DNA of 64,000 bases. Source: Vicinamibacterales bacterium (lineage in GTDB: Bacteria > Acidobacteriota > Vicinamibacteria > Vicinamibacterales > JAMQPK01). Under the pieces are notes generated by a model. That model did no database searches. It was not told where the DNA came from and worked only from the letters and a program-made list of their open reading frames with translations. Positions 49,798 through 58,632 of the stretch are shown in pieces. The stretch covers positions 24,188 through 88,187 of the forward strand of contig CAWGSZ010000009.1 in assembly GCA_963825295.1 (NCBI GenBank). The letters are read 5' to 3'. Position 1 is the first letter of the stretch, and every line of letters begins with the position of its first letter. Both the position numbers and the translations under genes were made by a program.

Positions 49798-51056
49798 TTT
49801 GGCGCGAGCATTTTGGTGACGCGGCCCACGCTCGTGTCCCCCGCATACAGGTTGTTCTGTTTGTCGAACACCCAGTAGCTGGCCTCGATGAACTGGCCGT
49901 GGCCGATGCCCATGCCGTTGCCGATCGCGCCAAGCACTTTGCCGTTCCGATCGAGCTTCAGGAACTGCCCGTCCTGCCCGCTCGCCATCCAGGGCTGGCC
50001 TTGCGGATCGAATTTCAACGCGCACACGAGATTTCTCGTCTGGATCGTCTTGAGGAATTTGCCATCGCCGCTGTAGATGACGATGCGATAGTCCTCGCGA
50101 TCGCCGATCCACACGTCGCCGTTGCTGGGATCGACGGCGAGGCCGTGCGCGGAATTGAACTTGCCCATGCCTACTTCGTTGCCGTACCACTGGTTCTTGA
50201 ACTTGCCGTTCTTGTCGAGATGAATGATGCGCGACGCGCCGATGCTGTTGGCCGCGTCGTTCGAATCGGTGTCGTTCGGGCTCTCGTTGCCGTGCCCCTC
50301 TGCAATGTAAACGTCGCCGTTCGGCGCGAACGCCACCATCACCGGCTCCCACAGCAGCCGTTGTCCCTTGGCTTCATCCCAGTCACCCCGGCGTCCCGTC
50401 TCGCCGATCTTGAGAAGCAGCTTGCCTTCTGGACTGATCTTCAACACGGTCGCGCTGCCCGCGGCCGTAATCCAGACGTTGTCTTCCGGGTCGACGGCCA
50501 TGCCGTGCGCCTTCGTCTGGTAGCCGATCACATCGGGTGCGACCTGAAGGATGAGCTTGAAGTTCGGATCGAATTTGAAGAGTTGCGGCTTGCCGACGTC
50601 CGCGCGCTGGAACACCCAGAGGTTGCCCTTCGAATCGAGCGCGACGGCAGGCACGCCGCCAAAGCCCGGAGGAAGAACGACCGGATACGTGAACGTGTAC
50701 CCCATCGTCTGCTTCCATTGCACGCGCTGCATCTGCCCGCGCGGGAAGCCGCCTCGCCGGCCGCACACGGGCGACTGGCGGCATGGCGGCACCTGGACAA
50801 CCGGCGAGTTCGCACCGTCCGCGGCGCCGGCGCCACGCCCCGGCCCCCCGCTGCGGGCCGGCACCGTGACGTTGCCTTTGTCGTCGACAATCGTTCGTCC
50901 GGTCGGGTCGGGAAACGACCCCTGCAGGAACCAGGCAGGCGAGCCGTCGGCAGCCGGACCTTCGACTGGCGGCTTCGTTTGAGAGAACGTCAGCGTCGTG
51001 GCCCACATCACACCCGCAGCCACACAGACGACTCCGGCAACAGCGCGTCCCTTCAT
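49794..51056 (-). CDS. NHL-repeat beta-propeller protein, secreted (paralog of 24336..25463)
   Basis: ATG 51056 lies 6 nt after AGGAGG. Signal peptide MKGRAVAGVVCVAAGVMWATTLTFSQ. Blades: AHGMAVDPEDNVWITA, FNSAHGLAVDPSNGDVWIGDREDYRIVIYSGDGKFL, FIEASYWVFDKQNNLYAGD. Confidence 0.75.
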   Translation of the reverse strand: MKGRAVAGVVCVAAGVMWATTLTFSQTKPPVEGPAADGSPAWFLQGSFPDPTGRTIVDDKGNVTVPARSGGPGRGAGAADGANSPVVQVPPCRQSPVCGRRGGFPRGQMQRVQWKQTMGYTFTYPVVLPPGFGGVPAVALDSKGNLWVFQRADVGKPQLFKFDPNFKLILQVAPDVIGYQTKAHGMAVDPEDNVWITAAGSATVLKISPEGKLLLKIGETGRRGDWDEAKGQRLLWEPVMVAFAPNGDVYIAEGHGNESPNDTDSNDAANSIGASRIIHLDKNGKFKNQWYGNEVGMGKFNSAHGLAVDPSNGDVWIGDREDYRIVIYSGDGKFLKTIQTRNLVCALKFDPQGQPWMASGQDGQFLKLDRNGKVLGAIGNGMGIGHGQFIEASYWVFDKQNNLYAGDTSVGRVTKMLAPK

Positions 51057-51174
51057 TTCAGCCTCCTGCAAACGAGTTGGTGAGACGAGAGTGTCGCACA
51101 GTTGATCGGCAAGAGTCACTTCCAGCCGTGCCCCCGGGCACGCGCGGGGGCAGCTTCAGCTGGGCCCTGAAGGC

Positions 51175-51570
51175 TTATTGAAGAACGAGCAGGTCTTCGA
51201 ACGCCAGCGCGCCGTGATACTGAACGCGCTCGCTCGTGAGCGTGGCCACGTGACATCGGAGCACGGTGGCCTTGACCCTGTACGGGGCCGTCACGCTGCC
51301 CAACTGCAGTTCGACCCGCATGCCTGGGAACATCCGGCATTCGGTCTCGAGCAGCACGCCCCCGGGGCTGACATCGACGATGCGGGCGCTTCGACCGGGT
51401 CGCAGGCGGCCGGTGGACATGCCGGTCCAGTCCGCGGTCGAGACGCGGGGCCAGGCTCTTCGTTCGGGAGTTTCGGTGGGGTACTGCTTCGGCCACGGAA
51501 GTGACCAAAGATACGACAGTGGCCCCTGGCAGGCAATCCTCCATCGGGCTAATGCCAACGGGTTAGCCAC
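51175..51570 (-). CDS. PilZ-domain (c-di-GMP-binding) protein
   Basis: RRAWPR (RRxxxR) is followed by DVSPGG (DxSxxG), then a beta-barrel-like remainder. The start (GTG 51570) is uncertain. Confidence 0.65.
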   Translation of the reverse strand: MANPLALARWRIACQGPLSYLWSLPWPKQYPTETPERRAWPRVSTADWTGMSTGRLRPGRSARIVDVSPGGVLLETECRMFPGMRVELQLGSVTAPYRVKATVLRCHVATLTSERVQYHGALAFEDLLVLQ

Positions 51571-51623
51571 CGCAGCCTATTATGATCTCCTTTTCGTCTA
51601 ATTCCCCCGAGGAGGATCCCCGC

Positions 51624-54032
51624 ATGAGCGGCATCGTCCAGGACCTGCGGTACGCGCTTCGCGGTTTGAGAAGAAACCCGGCGTTCACGTCGGTCGCGCT
51701 CGTCACCCTGGCGCTCGGCATCGGCGCCAACACCGCGATGTTCAGCGTGCTCAACGCCGTGTTGCTGAGGCCGCTTCCATATCCGGCTCCCCACGAGCTC
51801 GCGATGTTGTGGACGGAGCGGCCGAACCAGAACCTGCGAGAGGGGCGGTCGGCCTACCGCGACGTCGAAGAATGGCGCGCGCGCAGCCGCACGCTGGCAG
51901 ACGTCGGGGTTTTCGATCCGATGACGGCCAGGCTGACCGCACCGGGCGAGCTGGAGCGAATCAGTACACTGCGCCTCTCGCCGAATGTTTTTACGATACT
52001 GGGCATACAGGCTTTTCGGGGGCGGGTGTTTTCGAGTGAGGAAGCCGACGATCGCCGCAGGGTAGCCGTCGTCAGCTACCGCTTCTGGCAGTCCCGCCTC
52101 GGTGGCGCCGACAACGTTATCGGCTCGACGATCGAGCTCGACGGCCTTCCGTCCGAAGTGATCGGTATTCTGCCCGCGGATTTCCGGTGGTCCGACTCCG
52201 ACGTGTGGGAACCGCACACCTTGTTTCCCGACTGGGACGTCCGTCGAGGCGAGCAGGGCGGTGCGTCCTGGTTGGTGGTTGCGCGGTTCAGGCCGAACGT
52301 CACGATCGAGCAGGGTCAGGCCGAGCTGAGCGCCATCGCGCGGGGCCTCGACGAACGGAGGAGCGCGTCAGAACAGGGGCGCGGCATCAGCGTGATGCCC
52401 ATGGGCCTGTACCTCATCGGCGCTCGATGGCGGCTCGCTCTGTGGATGTTGACGGGCGCCGTGTTCTTCGTGCTGCTCATCGGCGTGACCAACATCACCA
52501 GCCTGTCACTGGCCCGCAGCGCCGGCCGGACGCGCGAGTTCGCGCTTCGCGCCGCGCTCGGGGCCAGCCGTGGCCGGGTGGTGCGTCAGTTGTTTGCCGA
52601 GAGCCTGGTACTGGCGGCCCTCGCGGGTATTGCCGGGCTCGTTGTCGCGTGGGCCGCGCTTCCGATCATCATCGCGTTCAAGCCGGCCGCCCTGGTGACG
52701 CTGGGAGACATCCGTCTCGACGTGCCCACGTTCGCGTGGACGTTCGGGCTGTCCCTCCTCACCGGTGTGCTCGTGGGGCTCGTTCCGGCGGCCACGACGA
52801 CTCGCTGGAATCTGCAGGCGTCGCTGCACGAAGCCGGACGAGGGACGTCGGCCAGCGCATCAGCGCGTCTCACACGCCGGTCGCTCGTGGTGGCGGAATT
52901 TGCGCTGGCCATCGTGCTGCTCGTCGGCGCAGGGCTGCTGACTCGGAGCCTGATGAACGTGCAGCACATCAATCCTGGCTTCAGCTCCGAGCGCGTGCTC
53001 TCGATGCAGCTCGCGATTCCTCCGCTCGAGACGACGAGCCAGCGGGCCGACTACTACCAGCAGGTCCTCGATCGTGTCTCGGCCACGGGCGGCGTTGAAA
53101 GCGCCGGCGTCATCGGCGACCTCTTCATCAATGGGAGCCCTGAACAGATTGTCACGGTCGAAGGCAACGCGCGCGGCGCCGAGCGGTTGCGGCTGCGGCG
53201 CGACGAGGTGAGCAGCGGCCTCTTCGACACCCTTCGGATTCCAATCGTGCGGGGCCGCTCGTTCTCGTCGGAAGATGGGCCGAACGCGCCGAGGGCGGCC
53301 ATCGTCAACGAAGCCATGGCGCGCCGGTTGTGGCCGGAGCAGGATTCCGTCGGCAAACGATTCAAGATGGGCGGGGCCTCGGCTGATGGGCCCTGGTTCA
53401 CGGTGGTCGGCGTGGTCGGCGACGTACGCCGGCAGGGGCTCGAAGAAGAGCCGGCCGCACAGATGTTCGAGCCCGTCGCCCAGAACCCGTCGCGGCTCGC
53501 GACCCTTCTGGTGCGGACCTCGAACCAGCCGATCGGGATGGCTGCCACGTTGCGCTCGGCCATCCATGAGGTCGATCGGCGCGGGTTGGTGTACGGCACG
53601 AACACTCTTAGCGCGCGGCTCTCGGGGTTTCAGGCAGAGCGGCGATTCCAGACGTCGCTCCTGATGGTGTTCTCCGCCCTCGCGCTGCTTCTGGCCGCGA
53701 TTGGGATCTACGGCGTGGTGCAGTATTCGATTTCGACGCGCACTCGGGAAATCGGCGTGCGCATGGCGGTCGGCGCCGATCATCGCGACATCTTCAAGAT
53801 GGTGGTGGGGGAAGGGCTGAAGATGAGCCTGACCGGTCTGGCGCTCGGTCTCGTTGGAGCCCTGTGGCTGGGACACCTGGGATCGAGCCTGCTCTTCGGC
53901 GTCTCGTCGATGGACCCGGTGACATACGTCGGCGTCTCGCTGCTCTTGACGACGGTGGCGCTCGCCGGCTGTTACTTTCCCGCGCGCCGCGCCGCGCGTA
54001 TCGATCCGCTCGTCGCGCTCAAGTACGAATAG
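51624..54032 (+). CDS. ADOP-family duplicated FtsX/MacB-type permease
   Basis: ATG 51624 lies 7 nt after GAGGAGG. MSGIVQDLRYALRGLRRNPAFT is the family-typical N-terminus. There are two MacB-periplasmic plus FtsX 4-TM halves, and the C-terminal end is ARRAARIDPLVALKYE. Confidence 0.88.
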   Translation: MSGIVQDLRYALRGLRRNPAFTSVALVTLALGIGANTAMFSVLNAVLLRPLPYPAPHELAMLWTERPNQNLREGRSAYRDVEEWRARSRTLADVGVFDPMTARLTAPGELERISTLRLSPNVFTILGIQAFRGRVFSSEEADDRRRVAVVSYRFWQSRLGGADNVIGSTIELDGLPSEVIGILPADFRWSDSDVWEPHTLFPDWDVRRGEQGGASWLVVARFRPNVTIEQGQAELSAIARGLDERRSASEQGRGISVMPMGLYLIGARWRLALWMLTGAVFFVLLIGVTNITSLSLARSAGRTREFALRAALGASRGRVVRQLFAESLVLAALAGIAGLVVAWAALPIIIAFKPAALVTLGDIRLDVPTFAWTFGLSLLTGVLVGLVPAATTTRWNLQASLHEAGRGTSASASARLTRRSLVVAEFALAIVLLVGAGLLTRSLMNVQHINPGFSSERVLSMQLAIPPLETTSQRADYYQQVLDRVSATGGVESAGVIGDLFINGSPEQIVTVEGNARGAERLRLRRDEVSSGLFDTLRIPIVRGRSFSSEDGPNAPRAAIVNEAMARRLWPEQDSVGKRFKMGGASADGPWFTVVGVVGDVRRQGLEEEPAAQMFEPVAQNPSRLATLLVRTSNQPIGMAATLRSAIHEVDRRGLVYGTNTLSARLSGFQAERRFQTSLLMVFSALALLLAAIGIYGVVQYSISTRTREIGVRMAVGADHRDIFKMVVGEGLKMSLTGLALGLVGALWLGHLGSSLLFGVSSMDPVTYVGVSLLLTTVALAGCYFPARRAARIDPLVALKYE

Positions 54033-54035
54033 TTG

Positions 54036-54082
54036 GGTGCGACAGGTGCGGTGGGTGCGGTCGCGCAGGGCTTCAGCCCTGC
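54036..54082 (+). repeat. 9-bp tandem repeat GGTGCG(NNN) x3 running into a REP-like hairpin
   Basis: GGTGCGACA, GGTGCGGTG and GGTGCGGTC span 54036-54062. GTCGCGCAGGGCTTCAGCCCTGC then follows at 54060-54082. The array starts 4 nt after the ADOP stop codon. Confidence 0.6.
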
Positions 54083-54120
54083 CTTGCTGACGAATACCCT
54101 GTGGTAAGGTCCTTTTCAGG

Positions 54121-54812
54121 ATGCACGACGAGGTGATTCTCAACGATCAGGTTGCGTACTACCGCGAGCGAGCCGGCGAGTACGACCAGTGGTTCCTTCG
54201 CGAAGGACGCTACGATCGCGGCGCCAGAACACCGTGCGCAATGGTTTGGCGAGATCGCCGACGATACGACGTGCGCTGAGCGCGTCAGTGAACGATCGGA
54301 ACGTGCTCGAGCTGGCGTGCGGCACGGGACTCTGGACCGGGCAGCTCGCACGGGAGAATCGCGGTGTCCTCGCCGTCGATGCTTCACCCGAAGTCATCGC
54401 CATCAACCAGACCAGGGTTCACGCCCCGCATGTGCGATACGAATCGGCAGACATCTTTTCCTGGACGCCGCCCACGCTGTTCGATGCGGTCTTCTTTGCG
54501 TTCTGGCTCTCGCACGTCCCTGCGAGCCGGTTCGAGAGCTTCTGGCAGACCGTCAGAGCATCGGTCGAGCCTGGCGGGACGGTGTTCTTTGTCGACAGCC
54601 TGCTCGAGCAAACCTCAACCGCGACCGATCACCCTGCAATAGACGACTCGGGTGTCGTCCGACGGAAGCTGAACGACGGCCGCGAGTTCGAGATCGTGAA
54701 AATGTTTTACCAACCGGAAGAGCTGGAACGGCGCCTCTCGCAGCTGGGCTGGCAGGCTAGAGTTCAGTCGAGTGGGAAGTTCTTTCTGTTCGGCGAGTGC
54801 AGTCGCGCGTAG
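54121..54812 (+). CDS. Class I SAM-dependent methyltransferase; two frame disruptions (about 54236 and 54260)
   Basis: ATG 54121 gives MHDEVILNDQVAYYRERAGEYDQWFLREGRYDRGA | EHRAQWFGEIA | TIRRALSASVNDRNVLELACGTGLWT (motif I), ..AVDASPEV, ..FFAFWLSHV, GGTVFFVD. Confidence 0.75.
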
Positions 54813-54912
54813 ACGGCGATCGGGCAGGGCTAACCACCTCCGCCAAGGCTACGGTGGTCCGCCGAAGCCTTGCGCGAAGGCGGAAGCCCTGCGCCACCGA
54901 TGGGGCGGCATG

Positions 54913-54935
54913 GCAGGACTAAAGTCCTGCGCTAC
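54913..54935 (-). repeat. REP-like hairpin (GTAG head)
   Basis: The minus strand reads GTAGCGCAGGACTTTAGTCCTGC. Confidence 0.65.
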
Positions 54936-54944
54936 CAGTGAGCA

Positions 54945-55069
54945 CTCTCGGACTCCCTGGACTCTCCAGACTCTCGGACTCTCCAGACTCTCGGACTCTC
55001 CCAGACTCTCCAGACTCCCGGACTCTCCAGACTCCCCGGACTCTTCAGACTCTCCCAAGACTCTGTAGA
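54945..55069. repeat. Degenerate minisatellite, ~14 units of GACTC(T/C)C(N1-3), period 8-10 bp (17-bp GACTCTCCAGACTCTCG super-unit)
   Basis: It reads ..CG GACTCCCTG GACTCTCCA GACTCTCG GACTCTCCA GACTCTCG GACTCTCCCA GACTCTCCA GACTCCCG GACTCTCCA GACTCCCCG GACTCTTCA GACTCTCCCAA GACTCTGTA GAC. It ends about 40 nt upstream of the EamA start codon. Open frames on both strands across it are artefacts. Confidence 0.85.
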
Positions 55070-55109
55070 CCCGCACCCGTCGCACACAACGCACCTATAG
55101 ACTCTGTTC

Positions 55110-55940
55110 ATGTCTCCCGGAGTCCTTCTCGCCCTCATCTCCGCCATCGTGTGGGGTAGTGGCGACTTTGTCGGCGGCGCCGCGACCAGGCGCAGCCATC
55201 AGTTTCAGGTCCTGGCCCTCTCGGCGCTCTCGGGCATCGTGCTGTTGACGATGCTCGCGTGGATCTTCGAGCCTTTTCCATCGCGCGCGAACGCGGCGTG
55301 GGCGGCCGCGGCCGGTCTGGCGGGCGCGGTCGGCATCGCCTCGCTCTATCACGGGCTGGCTGTCGGCGGCGCGGCGATGGTGGCGCCGGTCGCCGCCGTC
55401 GTGACGGCGGCGATTCCCGCTATCTACACAGCCCTTGCCGTCGCCCCGCCGAGTCCATGGCAGCTGGCCGGGTTTCTGGCGGCGGTCGCCGGCATCTGGC
55501 TCGTCACACGCCAGCCGCGGGCGGCCGACGCACCGTCGCGCAAGGGCATCAGGCAGGCCCTTGCCGCAGGAATCGGATTCGGGACGTTCCTGATTTTGAT
55601 CGCACAGGTGGACCGCACGCTCGTGTTCGGCCCACTGGTCGTCGCGCGGACGGTCATGCTGGCCATGGGCCTTGTGCTGATGATCGTCCGCGGCATCAGC
55701 TTCCCCGGGCTGACGTCCAATCCGCTCGCGCTGGTGGCCGGCGCGCTCGACGCGGGCGGCAACATCTTCTTCGTGTTGGCGCGCCAGCACACGCGGCTCG
55801 ACGTGGCCGCGGTGCTGTCGTCCCTGTATCCGGTCGCCACGGTCGTGCTGGCCCGCATCGTCTGGCGGGAGCCTGTCGCGCCGCAGCAATGGGCGGGTGT
55901 TGGAATGTGTCTGCTGGCGGTGGCCTTGATGGCAGAATGA
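55110..55940 (+). CDS. EamA/DMT-superfamily transporter (10 TM)
   Basis: Two EamA halves are present. The N-terminus is LLALISAIVWGSGDFVGG, and the protein is hydrophobic throughout. Confidence 0.8.
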   Translation: MSPGVLLALISAIVWGSGDFVGGAATRRSHQFQVLALSALSGIVLLTMLAWIFEPFPSRANAAWAAAAGLAGAVGIASLYHGLAVGGAAMVAPVAAVVTAAIPAIYTALAVAPPSPWQLAGFLAAVAGIWLVTRQPRAADAPSRKGIRQALAAGIGFGTFLILIAQVDRTLVFGPLVVARTVMLAMGLVLMIVRGISFPGLTSNPLALVAGALDAGGNIFFVLARQHTRLDVAAVLSSLYPVATVVLARIVWREPVAPQQWAGVGMCLLAVALMAE

Positions 55941-55947
55941 AGCAGCG

Positions 55948-58377
55948 ATGATGAGCGGGTTTCTGGAGCATGTCCGGTACGCGCTGCGGAGCTTGATGAA
56001 GTCGCCCGGCTTCACCCTGCTGACGGTGCTGATCCTCGCCATCGGCATCGCAGGAACGGCGGTGATGGTCGCGCTCGTCCAGGGCGTGCTCGTCAGGCCG
56101 CTGCCGGTACGCGATGAGGACCGCCTCATCGTCGCGTGGACAGAGTTGCGGTCGTCGGGTTACGCCCACTATCCGTTCGGCGATACCGGTATTGAAGAGG
56201 CTGCCCGATCGAGCCGGCTTCTCGAGAGCGTGGCGGGTGTGAGCACCAATGGTGTCTCGCGCTCCGCGGTCGATGACGAAGGCACCACCGACTATGTGAA
56301 CGATGCGCTGGTCACCGGAGGATTCTTCGAGGTCCTTGGTGTCAAGCCCATCCTGGGCCGGACACTTACCCGTGCCCACGATGCGGATGGGGCCGAGCGC
56401 GTGGTCGTCATCAGCTACGCCCTGTGGCAGCGTCGCTATCACGGATCGCGAGATGTCATCGGACGCCGCATCTGGGGCAAAGATGGCTTCGCCATCGTCG
56501 GCGTCATGCCGCCCGACCTCGACTACCCGAGAGGAGTGGACATCTGGCGAACCCCGCGATCCTTGAAGGGGGAATTCAAAGACGCCGCACTGAGGGAAGT
56601 CGATCTGATCGCCAGGCTTCGGCCGGGCGTCACGCAAGAGCAGGCCGCCAGCGAGCTCGCGGTGTTGATACGCCAGCTCGAATCGCAGGCACCGCCTGAC
56701 GCGCCTCGAGGACTCCTTCCCGTCGTCCATCCCTTCAAAGACGAAGTCATCGGAAACGTCCGGTTGACGATGCTGGCTCTCTCGGCCGCGGTTCTGCTCA
56801 TGCTGCTGATTGCGAGCGCGAACGCGGCGAACCTGCTGCTGATGCGGAACGAAGCACGCAGGTCGGAACTGGCCGTGCGCATGGCGCTCGGGGCGGGACG
56901 CGGACGGATTGTGGCGCAGGTGCTGACCGAGAGCCTGGTGCTGGGGGTTGCCGCGGGCGCCGCGGGGCTGGCGCTGACATGGTGGTCGCTTCAGCCCCTC
57001 GTGCGGCTTGTTCCAGACGGACTGCCGCGAGTCGAGTCGGTCCGCGTCGATTGGACGGTTTGCCTGATGGCGATTGGGATCGCGCTCACGACCGCGGCGA
57101 TCTCCGGACTGGCGCCGGCCCTGTCGATCAGCTCCGATCTCGTCTCGCACTTGAGAAGCGCGGGCCGCGGGGCGACGGGATCGGCATCGCGAGCTCTTCG
57201 CAGAGCCTTCGTCGTGGTGCAGGTGGCGCTGGCGGTCACGATCATTGCCGCGGCGGGGTTGCTGACCCGCACGGTCCTGAACCTGCAGTCCATCGACACG
57301 GGCCTGGCCGCGGATCGACTGGTCCTGGTCGAGCTCAGCGTGCCGTGGGCGGAAAACGCCGATCAGGTGGCGCGCCACTCTCAGTTCCTGAATACCGTCG
57401 TGCAACGGCTCGAGGCGCTTCCTTTTGTCGAGGCGGCGACGCCCATCAACATGCCGCCATTTTCGGGGACCGTCGGGTGGGCGGTCCCGAGAATCGCGGC
57501 CGAAGGGCAGACTGCCGAACAAGCCGCGACGAATCCGTCGATGAACTTCGAGTCGATCTACCCGAACTACTTCCGGACGTTCGGCGCGAGGATCGCCGCC
57601 GGGCGTCCCTTCACCGACGCGGATCGGGAAGGCGCGCAGAAGGTGGCCATCATCAGTGAGGATGTTGCGCGCGGCACGTGGCCCGGCCAGAACCCCATCG
57701 GCAAGCGCATGAAGCTCGGTGGGCCGTCGTCGACAGACGACTGGCTCACCGTGGTAGGCGTGACGGCCCCCTTGCGGTACCGAGCGCTGACCGAGGCCAC
57801 TCCGATGTTGTATCTCCCGGCGGCGCAATTCCTCGTCACCGCCCAGATTCTTGCCGTACGCACCGCAGCGCCGCTCGACCAGGTGATGTCGGTCGCGCGC
57901 ACGCACGTCGAAGCCGCCAATCCGCGCGCACACGTCATGCGCGTCAGCTCGTTCGCCTCGCTGATGGACGCGCCGCTGGCGGCCCCGAGATTCAACGCGT
58001 TTCTGCTGAATCTGTTCGGGATCGTCGCCGTGCTGCTGTCGGCCATCGGCCTGTACGCCGTGATGAGCACGTACGTTCGCCAGCGGGATCGCGATATTGC
58101 CGTCCGCAGGGCGCTGGGTGCGACGACCGCTGATGTGCAGCGGCTCGTGTTCGGGGAAGCCGTGTCTTTGGCCGGCCTCGGTGCGGCCATCGGCCTGGGC
58201 GGGGCTTTGGGTGCTGCACGCCTCGTGCAGGGCATGCTCTACGGCGTCGATTCGCTGGATCCCGTGACGATGTCTGGTGCGGCAGGCGTGATGATTGCCG
58301 CATCCGTGCTTGCCGCGTATTTACCTGTTCGTCGTGCGACCCACATCGATCCGCTCGTGGCGCTGCGCTACGAATGA
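55948..58377 (+). CDS. ADOP-family duplicated FtsX/MacB-type permease (second copy)
   Basis: MMSGFLEHVRYALRSLMKSPGFT at the N-terminus, the same two-half architecture as 51624..54032, and a C-terminal end VRRATHIDPLVALRYE. Confidence 0.88.
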   Translation: MMSGFLEHVRYALRSLMKSPGFTLLTVLILAIGIAGTAVMVALVQGVLVRPLPVRDEDRLIVAWTELRSSGYAHYPFGDTGIEEAARSSRLLESVAGVSTNGVSRSAVDDEGTTDYVNDALVTGGFFEVLGVKPILGRTLTRAHDADGAERVVVISYALWQRRYHGSRDVIGRRIWGKDGFAIVGVMPPDLDYPRGVDIWRTPRSLKGEFKDAALREVDLIARLRPGVTQEQAASELAVLIRQLESQAPPDAPRGLLPVVHPFKDEVIGNVRLTMLALSAAVLLMLLIASANAANLLLMRNEARRSELAVRMALGAGRGRIVAQVLTESLVLGVAAGAAGLALTWWSLQPLVRLVPDGLPRVESVRVDWTVCLMAIGIALTTAAISGLAPALSISSDLVSHLRSAGRGATGSASRALRRAFVVVQVALAVTIIAAAGLLTRTVLNLQSIDTGLAADRLVLVELSVPWAENADQVARHSQFLNTVVQRLEALPFVEAATPINMPPFSGTVGWAVPRIAAEGQTAEQAATNPSMNFESIYPNYFRTFGARIAAGRPFTDADREGAQKVAIISEDVARGTWPGQNPIGKRMKLGGPSSTDDWLTVVGVTAPLRYRALTEATPMLYLPAAQFLVTAQILAVRTAAPLDQVMSVARTHVEAANPRAHVMRVSSFASLMDAPLAAPRFNAFLLNLFGIVAVLLSAIGLYAVMSTYVRQRDRDIAVRRALGATTADVQRLVFGEAVSLAGLGAAIGLGGALGAARLVQGMLYGVDSLDPVTMSGAAGVMIAASVLAAYLPVRRATHIDPLVALRYE

Positions 58378-58405
58378 TCAGAACGCGAATCCGGCGAGTG
58401 CTGAT

Positions 58406-58435
58406 GTAGGGCGGGTCTTGTTCTGTAGACCCGCC
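58406..58435 (+). repeat. REP-like hairpin with longer stem (GTAG head)
   Basis: GTAG GGCGGGTCT tgttctgt AGACCCGCC. A right-half copy (CTGTAGACCCGC) also ends the minisatellite at 55062-55073. Confidence 0.6.
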
Positions 58436-58632
58436 AGAGAGTCATCTCCCGTGATGACTCTGTATCACTGGTGCATCGGGGTTGTATCCGCTCCGTAACG
58501 AGCGGGAGGGCTGCAAATATCCCGGTTGGCGCAGACAAATCCGACAATAGTCCTGAACAAAGCAGAATTTCCGCCGAAAATCCGTCCGGTCAATAGGGGA
58601 TAACAACAGTTTTCGCACCTGTCGGGTCAGGC

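Noticed and set aside
54945-55069. Possible CRISPR array or coding Ser/Pro/Asp-repeat protein
   Set aside because: The period is only 8-10 bp with no unique spacers and no cas genes in the window. Open frames exist on both strands and in several frames, as expected for a simple tandem repeat rather than a gene.
55696-57933. 745-aa minus-strand ORF antisense to the second ADOP permease, plus similar shadow ORFs (83..940+, 3771..5084-, 8107..9060-, 18367..19446-, 22105..23388-, 49899..51083+, 30981..32375+, 37452..38552+, 40376..41770+)
   Set aside because: Each fully overlaps a gene with strong family signatures on the other strand or frame, and each translates to low-complexity Arg/Gly/Pro-rich sequence.
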